This document shows positions 22,671 to 32,500 of a stretch of DNA of 64,000 nucleotides, one piece after another. Position numbers and translations under genes: made by a program. Origin of the DNA: a virus (lineage: Duplodnaviria > Caudoviricetes); IMG/VR virus record IMGVR_UViG_3300045539_000055, positions 176-64,175 of that record, one strand, 5' to 3'. The notes beneath the pieces were generated by a model. It saw only the letters and a program-made list of their open reading frames with translations, made no database searches and was not told the DNA's origin. Numbering within the stretch: position 1 is the first letter of the stretch; every line of letters starts with the position of its first letter.

Positions 22671-25085
22671 AACGTAACAATATTTCAAAACATACGTGAT
22701 ACGGACACTCCTTTCTTTCGGGATGTACACGTTATCCTTGAGAGAATTAAGGATGGAGCAGGAGCTACCAAAGACATTGTAAAGCGTATCAGACAAGAAA
22801 AGAATAAAGCAGAGAGAAACGAGATTAAGAAACTACTTCCCGCTATTTGTTTCAGCGGTACTTTCAAGAAGAGATTAGATTCAGCACTCGACAAACACTC
22901 AGGGCTTATTTGTTTAGACTTTGATGGCTACCAAAAACAAAAAGAATTATTACAAGACAAAGAGACTATATCAAAAAACAAATATGTATTCTCAGTCTTT
23001 ATTTCCCCATCAGGAAATGGATTAAAAGTATTGGTTAAGATTCCCGCAGATGAGGACAACCATACAAACTACTTCAATAGCTTAGAAAAGCACTTTAACA
23101 GCCCTTATTTCGATAAAACGAGTAAGAACATCAGTCGAGTTTGTTATGAGTCTTACGACCCCTTAATTCACGTTAATGAGAACTCATCGATTTGGGATTT
23201 GATTGAAGAGCCTGAGTACACCGAAATAAATAGAGTACGAGACCAAGCTACTATTCCAATTTCAGATGAGAATAAGATTGTAGAGATACTCGTTAAGTGG
23301 TGGGAGAAGAAATACCCAATGCAAGAGGGTCAAAGAAACCACAACGCATACATACTTGCTATGGCATTCAATGACTTTGGAGTAAACAAAAGTCTTGCGG
23401 GTTATATCTTAAATCAGTTTGCTACTTCTGACTTCTCAATAAGTGAGATAGCAACAACGATTGATTCAGCCTACAGACATACAGCAAACTTCGGAACCAA
23501 GTATTACGAAGACGAAGAGCGTATTAATCAGATTCGTGCAAAGCTAAGAAGAGGCGTATCAAAAAAAGAGATTCGCTACCAACTACAAGATTCCAATTTG
23601 GATAGCGACACTATCGAAGCAGTCTTAAATAAAGTCGAAGATGAAAATTCTAAGATGACATTTTGGACTAAGAACGATAAAGGGGTCATCAAGATTGAAC
23701 ATATCTTATTCAAAACTTTCTTAGAGGATTCAGGATTCTATAAATTCTGTCCTGAGGGGAGCAGGAACTATGTGTTTGTAAAGGTTACTAACAACCTAAT
23801 AGACCATACTTCTGAGAAAGAAATTAAAGACTTTGTACTTGCTCACTTATTAGAGTTAGATGATTACAGCGTTTACAATTACTTCGCAGACAATACGAGA
23901 TTCTTTAGAGATGATTTCCTTTCAATGATTTCAACCATTGAGATATACTTTATAGCAGACACCAAGGATTCAGCGTACTTGTATTATAAAAATTGTGCTG
24001 TTAAGATTATGAAAGACAGCATCCTTACCATTGACTATGTTGATTTGGGAGGTTACGTTTGGAAAGACCACGTGATTGATAGAAACTTTAATATTTGTGA
24101 GGTTACGGGAGACTGTGATTTCAGAAAGTTTATTGGCAATATCAACGGAGGAGATGAGAATAGAATTAAGACTATGGAGAGTACTCTCGGATTCCTTCAA
24201 CACGGATATAAGAACTTATCATTTTGTCCGGCAGTGATTCTAAATGATGAGGTTATCAGCGATAATCCTGAGGGAGGAACCGGAAAGGGATTAGTTATGA
24301 ATGCCCTTAGCAATATGAAGAAACTCGTAGTGATTGATGGTAAATCTTTCAACTTTGAAAAGTCATTCCCTTATCAGTTAGTATCAGCAGATACTCAGAT
24401 ACTTTGCTTTGATGATGTTAAGAAACATTTTGATTTCGAGAGACTATTCAGCGTGATTACAGAGGGTTTGACATTGGAGAAGAAGAACAAAGATGCTATC
24501 AAGATTCCTTTCAGCAAGTCTCCTAAGGTTACAATAACAACCAACTATGCTATCAAGGGAGCAGGTAATTCATTTGCTCGTAGAAAGTGGGAACTTGAAC
24601 TACATCAGTACTACAATATGAACTTCACACCGAGAGATGATTTTGGTAAGATGATGTTCGGGGATTGGAACGATGATGAGTGGTGCGAGTTTGATAACTA
24701 TATGATTGGATGCTTGAGATTCTACCTTGCAAATGGATTGGTTAAATCTAAGTTTGTGAACTTAAAGATTCGTCAGTTATCAGCAGAGAGTTGCCACGAA
24801 TTTATCGAGTGGTGCGGATTGGTTGATAACAACGATAGAAGCAATGTGCTACCTACAAACGTAAGGCTTTACAAAAACGAGCTGTACAGCAATTTTGTTG
24901 ATGAATACCCTGACTATGGTGCGAGAGGTAGAATGAGTATCAGCCGAACTAAATTCTACAAATGGTTAGTAGCTTACGCTATTTACAAAGAGGGTATTAT
25001 GCCTGAGGAAGACAGAGACCATATCGGTAGATGGATAATCATCAAGAAGAGAGCAGATAACGATACACAAATTCAATTAAATTAA
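22662..25085 (+). CDS. Primase-helicase (BT4734/VirE-N primase domain, PriCT, P-loop helicase)
   Basis: KKLLPAICFSGTF, HSGLICLDFD, FISPSGNGLK, EGQRNH, Walker A GGTGKG, FDD and ITTNY. Confidence 0.9.
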   Translation: MTHNVTIFQNIRDTDTPFFRDVHVILERIKDGAGATKDIVKRIRQEKNKAERNEIKKLLPAICFSGTFKKRLDSALDKHSGLICLDFDGYQKQKELLQDKETISKNKYVFSVFISPSGNGLKVLVKIPADEDNHTNYFNSLEKHFNSPYFDKTSKNISRVCYESYDPLIHVNENSSIWDLIEEPEYTEINRVRDQATIPISDENKIVEILVKWWEKKYPMQEGQRNHNAYILAMAFNDFGVNKSLAGYILNQFATSDFSISEIATTIDSAYRHTANFGTKYYEDEERINQIRAKLRRGVSKKEIRYQLQDSNLDSDTIEAVLNKVEDENSKMTFWTKNDKGVIKIEHILFKTFLEDSGFYKFCPEGSRNYVFVKVTNNLIDHTSEKEIKDFVLAHLLELDDYSVYNYFADNTRFFRDDFLSMISTIEIYFIADTKDSAYLYYKNCAVKIMKDSILTIDYVDLGGYVWKDHVIDRNFNICEVTGDCDFRKFIGNINGGDENRIKTMESTLGFLQHGYKNLSFCPAVILNDEVISDNPEGGTGKGLVMNALSNMKKLVVIDGKSFNFEKSFPYQLVSADTQILCFDDVKKHFDFERLFSVITEGLTLEKKNKDAIKIPFSKSPKVTITTNYAIKGAGNSFARRKWELELHQYYNMNFTPRDDFGKMMFGDWNDDEWCEFDNYMIGCLRFYLANGLVKSKFVNLKIRQLSAESCHEFIEWCGLVDNNDRSNVLPTNVRLYKNELYSNFVDEYPDYGARGRMSISRTKFYKWLVAYAIYKEGIMPEEDRDHIGRWIIIKKRADNDTQIQLN

Positions 25086-25086
25086 T

Positions 25087-25185
25087 ATGACACCAAAACA
25101 AGAAAGAATAGTAGTAGAAATAATCGCTTGGGTATGCGTAATAATACTTGTTGCTACAGCAATTATTGCAGTTCGTTTATGGTAG
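25087..25185 (+). CDS. 32-aa single-TM micropeptide
   Basis: Manually translated, MTPKQERIVVEIIAWVCVIILVATAIIAVRLW. Confidence 0.45.
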   Translation: MTPKQERIVVEIIAWVCVIILVATAIIAVRLW

Positions 25186-26642
25186 ATATACTCGAAAGAA
25201 ATTCAGGATTCAATAACTACGAAATGTGGAAGCAGTGCGAGTTATTAAGAGGCGTTGTATTTCAAACTGTAGAGTCTAAGATTGGAAGAGGTAAAAATGT
25301 TAGAGTTGTTCAGAACTTCAAGCACGACACACCTAAAGAGGTTAGAGAACGAATAGCTAATAGCTGTGAGTACTATAAACAATTACACCTAAAAGATATG
25401 GAAAGAAATAATCAAATTAAATTTAGAGATTATCAGTTCGACATTATCAGAAAAGGCACAGAGATACTAACTAAAAGTGGATTTGTTTACCTTGCTATGG
25501 AAGTTCGTACAGGTAAGACATTAACAAGCCTTGGAATAGCAGAAAAGATTTGCAGCAGCAATGTTTTGTTTTTAACAAAAAAGAAAGCGATAGGCAGTAT
25601 TCAGAAGGATTACGAGCTACTTAATCCTCCTTATCATTTAACAGTTACCAATTACGAGAGTTTACATAAGATAGAAGATACCGATTGGGATTTAATTGTT
25701 TGTGATGAGGCTCACTCGATGGGTGCATTTGCCAAGCCGAGCAAGAGAGCAGTTCAGGTAAAAGACCTCATAAACTTGACAAAAGCTAATGTTATATTGC
25801 TATCAGGAACCCCAACTCCTGAGTCATACTCTCAGATGTATCATCAGGTTTATGGAATACCAAATAATCCATTTAAAGAGTTCAAAACTTTTTATAAATT
25901 TTGTAGTAAATTTGTAGTTGTTAAGACTAAAATGATAAATGGCTTAGTGATGAATGACTATTCCAATGGTATGTACACCATACTTGAGGAAATGGAACCT
26001 TTTATGATAAACTATACTCAAGCAGAAGCAGGTTTTATAGCCGAAACTATTGAAGAGGTATTTGAAGTTGAGCTAAAAGAATCAACCTATAAGTTGATTA
26101 AGAAGTTGAGTAGAGATTTAATTGTTCAAGGAAAGGAAGAAGTTATCTTAGGAGACACTCCCGTAAAACTAATGAGTAAGATGCATCAGCTATACTCAGG
26201 AACTGTGAAGTTTGAAAGCGGGAAGTCTATGGTAATAGATACCACCAAAGCAGAGTTTATTAAGTCTCAATGGATGGGATGTCAAATTGGAATCTTCTAT
26301 AAGTTTAAAGAAGAGCTTGAGGCTTTGAAGCAGGTATTCGGAGATGAGCTTACTACAGAGCTTAGTGTCTTTGAAGACACTTATAAAAACATAGCATTGC
26401 AGATTGTATCAGGGCGTGAGGGAATATCGCTAAAGAAAGCAGAGTACCTCGTGTATTACAATATTGATTTTAGTGCTACGAGCTATTGGCAATCTAAGGA
26501 TAGAATGACTACCAAGGACAGACCAAAGAACGAAGTGTTTTGGATTTTCTCCAAGGGAGGGATTGAAGAGCAGATTTATAAAGCAGTAACAAAAAAGAAA
26601 GACTATACATTAGCACACTTTAAAAAAGATTTTTACTTATGA
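25179..26642 (+). CDS. SF2 (SNF2-like) helicase
   Basis: FRDYQ, RTGKT, DEAH, LSGTP and GREGISL; likely ATG 25179. Confidence 0.9.
   Translation: MVDILERNSGFNNYEMWKQCELLRGVVFQTVESKIGRGKNVRVVQNFKHDTPKEVRERIANSCEYYKQLHLKDMERNNQIKFRDYQFDIIRKGTEILTKSGFVYLAMEVRTGKTLTSLGIAEKICSSNVLFLTKKKAIGSIQKDYELLNPPYHLTVTNYESLHKIEDTDWDLIVCDEAHSMGAFAKPSKRAVQVKDLINLTKANVILLSGTPTPESYSQMYHQVYGIPNNPFKEFKTFYKFCSKFVVVKTKMINGLVMNDYSNGMYTILEEMEPFMINYTQAEAGFIAETIEEVFEVELKESTYKLIKKLSRDLIVQGKEEVILGDTPVKLMSKMHQLYSGTVKFESGKSMVIDTTKAEFIKSQWMGCQIGIFYKFKEELEALKQVFGDELTTELSVFEDTYKNIALQIVSGREGISLKKAEYLVYYNIDFSATSYWQSKDRMTTKDRPKNEVFWIFSKGGIEEQIYKAVTKKKDYTLAHFKKDFYL
26365..26380. repeat. 16-bp palindromic repeat copy (inside helicase)
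   Basis: GTGTCTTTGAAGACAC; encodes VFEDT. Confidence 0.9.
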
Positions 26643-27391
26643 AAAAAATATATTTAGACAAGAAAGAGTTTCGATACAATAAGATTGAAGACTTAAAAGA
26701 GGAACTTGAAAAAAGAAGTATCTCTATTGGAGAAGGTTCTACAATTGGAGAAGGAACATTTTTAGGAAATAATATTTCTATTGGAAAGAATGTTGCAATT
26801 GGAGACTATTGTGGTATCGGAAACCACACGGTATTACAGACAAATGCAAAAGTAAGTAACCGCTCATCAATAGGTAATCATTGTCTTGTATCTACAGATG
26901 CATCAATAGGTTATCGTTCTTTTATTGGGAACTATGTAAACGTAATGTCCAATGCTCAAATCAAAAACAGATGTACAATTGGCAACAACTCTATCGTTGG
27001 AAATTCTACCGTAATCGGGTCAAATACATTTACAAGAAATAACGCTTCAATAGGCAATAGCGTAGTTATTGGAAATGATGTGTCTATTAGTTACGGAGTG
27101 TCTATTAGAGACCAAGCGTTTGTATGTAATGGCTCTACCATAGGAGACTACTCGTCTGTAAAAGAAAAAGTAAAACTTCAAAACAACATTTATATCGTTG
27201 GGTCATTAGGTCCGGCATCAGCTGTTACATACACGGGAAATAGAAATATGTCTATAGGTTGTAAACACTATACTATTGATGAGTTACTTAAAAATTTTCA
27301 ACAAATTGGGGAGTTAGAAGGTCTAAATCCTGAGCAAATAGTTGAGTACAAAGATTATCTTTTAATCATTGATAAATTCAGTAAAATATGA
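26639..27391 (+). CDS. Left-handed beta-helix (hexapeptide repeat) protein
   Basis: Tandem [IV]GxxxxIG repeats; C-terminal IGC cap. Confidence 0.85.
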   Translation: MKKIYLDKKEFRYNKIEDLKEELEKRSISIGEGSTIGEGTFLGNNISIGKNVAIGDYCGIGNHTVLQTNAKVSNRSSIGNHCLVSTDASIGYRSFIGNYVNVMSNAQIKNRCTIGNNSIVGNSTVIGSNTFTRNNASIGNSVVIGNDVSISYGVSIRDQAFVCNGSTIGDYSSVKEKVKLQNNIYIVGSLGPASAVTYTGNRNMSIGCKHYTIDELLKNFQQIGELEGLNPEQIVEYKDYLLIIDKFSKI

Positions 27392-27478
27392 TAAATAAAA
27401 TTATTGACAAATTTTTTTGGGTAGCAGTTTTTGCTGCCTTATATGGTTGCTTATTATTAATTTTAAACTAAAACAATT

Positions 27479-27595
27479 ATGAATTGGGATTATCCACCTG
27501 AAGAAAAAGAGTGTACTTGCAGATACTGCGGAGAGGACTCAGAAAAAGAATTTTGTAACAGAGAGTGTGCTAAAGCATACGAAGGAGATAACTAA
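27479..27595 (+). CDS. 38-aa zinc-finger peptide
   Basis: Manually translated, ...CRYCGE.....FCNREC... Confidence 0.6.
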   Translation: MNWDYPPEEKECTCRYCGEDSEKEFCNRECAKAYEGDN

Positions 27596-27599
27596 AGAT

Positions 27600-27887
27600 A
27601 TGGCAAGTAAAAGAAACAAGATGGCAGGAGACCATCCATCTTATGACAAATTAAATATGTCAGAAGAAAGAAAGAGAAAAAAATTAGCTTACGATACCAA
27701 GTATCAATCTTCTCCAAAAAGAGTTAACTACCGAGAAAAGTTAAACAAAGCTAATCGTGATGCCGGAACTTATGGCAATGGAGACAACTTAGATATGAGT
27801 CATACCAAAGCCGGAAGTATGGTAACTGAGAATATGAAATCCAATAGGGGTAGAAATGGTCATAACGGTAAATCAACTAAGAAATGA
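27600..27887 (+). CDS. Basic protein with degenerate HNH-like motif
   Basis: GDNLDMSHTK...E....NRGRNG; likely ATG 27600. Confidence 0.55.
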   Translation: MASKRNKMAGDHPSYDKLNMSEERKRKKLAYDTKYQSSPKRVNYREKLNKANRDAGTYGNGDNLDMSHTKAGSMVTENMKSNRGRNGHNGKSTKK

Positions 27888-28216
27888 TAAAGTGTTTATG
27901 TGTTGACGATAGCAACAAGCCAAATCAAATACCGCAAGACAAATGGATAGAAAAAGGTACTGAATATACTATTCTATTCAGTATGACTGTGCTTCCTCAA
28001 AAGCAATTAGCGTTTCAATTGTATGAGATTGACCTTGATGATAGTTGTTCTCCCTACACGTGGTTCCTCGCAAATCGTTTTTCTTTTAGAAAGGAAGACC
28101 TTGAGGCGTTGATAGCCTTTATACAAGAGTGCAATCGAATCAATTTCACAATGAATGAATTGAAAAAAACCATAAACATAGATGAAAGAGAGCCAAGTAC
28201 AATCGAAAAAGATTAA
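27884..28216 (+). CDS. Conserved hypothetical protein
   Basis: CVDDSNKP.....W...G..YT...F.A.RF. Confidence 0.7.
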   Translation: MIKCLCVDDSNKPNQIPQDKWIEKGTEYTILFSMTVLPQKQLAFQLYEIDLDDSCSPYTWFLANRFSFRKEDLEALIAFIQECNRINFTMNELKKTINIDEREPSTIEKD

Positions 28217-28424
28217 GGAGCTCGAGGCTCAGGGATATTACGTTATCAAGTTGATTAAGACCAACAAGAACGGTATTCCTGACCTTATAGCTATTCCTCC
28301 TAATTCAGATGTTGAGTTCTATGAGGTTAAAGCCCCAAATGGGAAAACATCTCCCCTACAGGAGTGGAGATTAAAAGAACTTACTGAACACGGAGTAAAA
28401 GCAGAGGTCTATAAACCATTATAA
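28182..28424 (+). CDS. VRR-NUC domain nuclease
   Basis: ESQVQ, GIPDL, FYEVKAPNGK.SPLQ. Confidence 0.9.
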   Translation: MKESQVQSKKIKELEAQGYYVIKLIKTNKNGIPDLIAIPPNSDVEFYEVKAPNGKTSPLQEWRLKELTEHGVKAEVYKPL

Positions 28425-28435
28425 AATTAAATTAA

Positions 28436-28930
28436 ATGCAATCAAAACAAGAAGAAATAGACGAACTCAAGAAAATAGTTAACGATGTTTTTTTAGTTGA
28501 CATAGATATTAAAAACAGCAAAAGAGGAGTAGTTGATGCTCGTAAAGTTTACTCTAAAATTCTAAGAGATAGCGGATATAACTATGAGTTGATAGGAGAA
28601 ACAATAAGCAAAGACCACGCTACTATAATTCACTATGTAAAAAACATAGAATATTTATTGTCTTACGACAAAGGATTAAGAGATAAATATGTTGCTTGTA
28701 AAAATGTGTTTGTTAAAAAAAAGAAGTCTATTTCAGACCAAGTAAAAAAAGATGTAGATATATATGTTACCGTAGTGAGATTAACAAATGAACTTCAAGA
28801 AGCTGTAGCAATTAAAGAAAAACTTTTAGATGAGTTTTTTGATTATATTGAAGACTATGAAAAAAGAACAGGTCATTTGCCAAATTCTCACGAATGCAAA
28901 CATCATATACTACCATTGTTTAACACATAA
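28436..28930 (+). CDS. Second DnaA domain IV-like HTH protein
   Basis: KRGVVDARKVY...IGETISKDHATIIHYVK. Confidence 0.75.
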   Translation: MQSKQEEIDELKKIVNDVFLVDIDIKNSKRGVVDARKVYSKILRDSGYNYELIGETISKDHATIIHYVKNIEYLLSYDKGLRDKYVACKNVFVKKKKSISDQVKKDVDIYVTVVRLTNELQEAVAIKEKLLDEFFDYIEDYEKRTGHLPNSHECKHHILPLFNT

Positions 28931-28939
28931 GAGTAATGT

Positions 28940-29134
28940 ATGGACCAAGAGAAAGATAGCGAAGACGAGAGAGCTTCCCGAATTGCGTATAGGATTAATG
29001 AATACCATTCGCTATTAGATAGTATCTATGAAGGCTTGGTTGACCGTGATTTTAAATTAGTTAGAAAAGAAGCACAGTTTCTAATTATGGAATTAAGATG
29101 CATACTAAAATCAACAGAAGAAGATGACTTTTGA
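28940..29134 (+). CDS. Small helical hypothetical protein
   Basis: ORF track; IYEGLVDRDF. Confidence 0.6.
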   Translation: MDQEKDSEDERASRIAYRINEYHSLLDSIYEGLVDRDFKLVRKEAQFLIMELRCILKSTEEDDF

Positions 29135-29537
29135 AACAGAACAAGATTTAAAAAGAGAACACAAGGCAATAACTACATTTGTAAATACGTTCAAGGGTTC
29201 GTTCCAAAAACTTGACCCACACGATATAGATTACAAAGTGTTTGATAAAGATGGAAAACTAATCGCTTACGTTGAGGTTAAAGGTAGAATAAGAACTATG
29301 CATAATGCATATCCTTTACCGGTAGCAGCGAGAAAGATTGTAAAGTTGACAGATAAAAGATTGACTCCCGTAGTAATATGGGCTTGCGAAGATGGTATAA
29401 TCTATGGTAAAGTTGATAAATTAAAAGGAGAAATCAAGTGGGGTGGTCGTGCCCCACGTGATAACTCCTTCAATGATGCTGAACTTATGGTTTATTATGA
29501 GAAACAAAAAGCTCTAAAGTATGTTAGGTTTGTTTAA
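29124..29537 (+). CDS. Putative PD-(D/E)XK nuclease
   Basis: E..D...E, IDY and YVEVKGR. Confidence 0.65.
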   Translation: MTFETEQDLKREHKAITTFVNTFKGSFQKLDPHDIDYKVFDKDGKLIAYVEVKGRIRTMHNAYPLPVAARKIVKLTDKRLTPVVIWACEDGIIYGKVDKLKGEIKWGGRAPRDNSFNDAELMVYYEKQKALKYVRFV

Positions 29538-32500
29538 TTATTGACCAAACTTTTTACTTCCAAAACTACCCTTCGATGATTTACTTCCTCCAAATTCTTT
29601 GCCTCCAAACTCTTTTGAGCCAAATCCTTTCTTGTCTTTTGGAACGTAATTATTTATGTCATCCTTAGCATCTCTTTCTTGAGCTTTTTCTAAAGCCTTA
29701 GCTTCTTTTTGGTCAAGATGATTTTCGTACCAATCTGAGCCCTCTCCAAAAGTCTCTTCGTATAACTTAGGGTCGTATCGTTTCATATCTTCTCTATTCT
29801 CATATCCTTGAAGAAGCTCTTTACCTAACTCTCTATCTTCCTTGGCTAATTTTTCATCTCTTGATGTTTGTTTCTTCTTAGCCATTTTTATAGAGCCTCT
29901 GATAGCACCTGCTACTTCAGGAGGTAATATCCCAATATTCGTTAAGAAAGCAGGACCTAATAAAACACCTAATGCTTTTCTGTCTTTTTCAGATATTTCG
30001 TGTTCTTTATTGAAATCATCTTTGTATTTTCCTGTAGCCCATAATTTTATCATTCCAAAGAACTGCATAGCTCTATCAGGAGCTATACCATACATACCAA
30101 GGAATTTTATAAACTCCTCAGGTTTGGCTGAGTACAAAGCTAATCTATCTTCTTCATCCATATCTAAAGCATCTTGAACTCCTGCTAAGAAATTTGCAGC
30201 TCCGGTCTGAACAAGTTTGTCAAGAATAGGTAGTGGAGATAAAATATCCGTAACTACAGATGTAGCTTGACCTTTTAATACACCATCAATTCTTTTATCT
30301 TCTTCGTCATCAGTCTCTCCTTTACCCATCATAGATGCAGCGGCATAACCCGTTAGTATAGTAATTCCTGCTGACATCATTCTAAAAGTAGCCATCTCCG
30401 CTGCATATCCCGCTAAAGACCTTGCAGCAACAATTTTATCTTCTTTTGTTGAAACGCCCCAATACCCTAATGTTGAAAGGTCAGCACCTAATCTTGATGC
30501 TTGATTCATTCTGAAACTTGCAAAAGCCATAAATACTTTAGTAAGCACTTGCTTTCCTGTTTCTTTAGAAGAAAACAAACTTCCTGCTAAATCACTGTCA
30601 GATACGTTTTGCTGTCTATCCACCATTCTTTGAGCATAGTTTGCTGCTGTTTCATTTATTGGATGATTTGAGTAATCAATATTCTTATAATCTTTACCTT
30701 GTTGTTTTAATGACTTCTCATAGTAAGCCTTAAAGGAAGCTCTCGCTACAGCAACATCGGGTCTAACTAAGAATGTTTTTAACCATTTTCTATTTGCCTC
30801 TTCAATAAGCTCCATTGCTTTTTTTGCATTAGAGTTTGCTGCTTCTTCAATTAGTTTATTGATTGATTCAACTTCTGCTTGAGACTCAATACCTCTGTTA
30901 GCGATGGCATATCCTGATTGAGAAATCCAATTGTTAAAATCAGAGTTATAAGATGCTGTTAAACTAAAAGTTCCCGCATTTACCCAAGTGTTCATAGCTA
31001 CCGGAACAAACTGTTTCAATATCTGAGTTGGTCCTCCTAATGCTTGTCCAACACCAAGGGTTGCTATTTTATTTAATCTTCTAACTGCCTTAGAAAGCTC
31101 ATCGTTTGAATAAGGATTTTTGTTTCTTGTGTTAGCAACATACAATTGAACTCTATTCGTAAGTAGTTTTGCATCCTCAGGATTTGGAACTATTTTACTA
31201 AAGCTATCAGAATTTAAAAACGCTTGAACCTGTCTAATTGGGGCTGCGGTTTCAATATCCACAAGTGCATCATACATAGAGTTAGAGTTGTTTCTATCAA
31301 AAGATAAATCAATATAGCTCAACACATCTTTCTTCGCATTCATTGGAAGATTTTTTGTGCCTGTCGTATCTTCTAATACTCCTGTTTTTTTGTTGTATAA
31401 TACACCGTTTGTATTATTTATAAAAGCTGAATCACTATTGGTTAAGTCAACATCTTGAGGAGCACTTTCCATTCTAACATACTTATCAGGAGAGTAGTTT
31501 AAGTCTCTGTCTAAAGTTTTATTATAAACATTAAGAGCTACATCTGATAATCTATCGAATTGGTTATCCCATTGCTTATGCCAAAAATCAATAGCTTCTA
31601 AGTTTATAGCATCAGTATTGTCTTTTATGTCTTGAATATCCGCTGAATTACCAATTACCTTATCATACACCTTTTGGTATAGCTCTGCTTTCTTTTGCTC
31701 TTGTTCGTTTCCTTTTCTTAAAGCTGCGATAGACTGCTCTATTAATCCCTTTCTTCTTCCGAACTCGATTTGCATTTCTTGCTCAGTTCCAATCACATTT
31801 CTAAGCATAAACGCAGCCATACCTCTTTCGGTATTATTCTCTGCTGTATTGAACTTCTGCCCGTTTGGTCTTACATCTTTATTATAAAACTGTTTAACGT
31901 AGTCGTTTATGATATTATTAGATTGCGTTTGTGCGTATGCTTTTTTATTAATCAATTTTGTTAAGCCCATTAAGTCCTGAACTACACCACCACGATTAAA
32001 TCCTTTGAACATTTTTTCAAAAACAATATTTAAGTTGGTAGTTTGTTCTGCGAAAGTTCTACCAAGTTGCTTAGAGAAATATTTTTTAAGCTGAATAGCT
32101 TTTATTCCTTTTCTTAAAACAATCTTAGCGTTTTGGTCTCCTTCGTATATAGATGTAACAGCATCCATAGAAGCTGTTGATTTGTTCTCTATAAAATTAG
32201 CAAGTGCATCAACTGCTGCAAGAGCATTTTGAGTCCTCATCTTGTTTGGGTCCATAGCCATAAACTTAGAGATGATTTCCTTTTCTCTCTTAGTGTATTC
32301 AACATCTTCTCCTGTAAACGCATCTATTCCGCTGTCTATACTGTTTTGTATCATTGCAGAATAAATTTCAAAAGCGGTATTAATAGTGTCTCTTACTATA
32401 CCTTCGTTTTTATCTGTCATTGGTTTATCCTCCTCCAACAGAGCCATCATTTCAGCTTCAGTAAATGTAGAAGCATCTACACCCATCAACTCTTGCAAAT

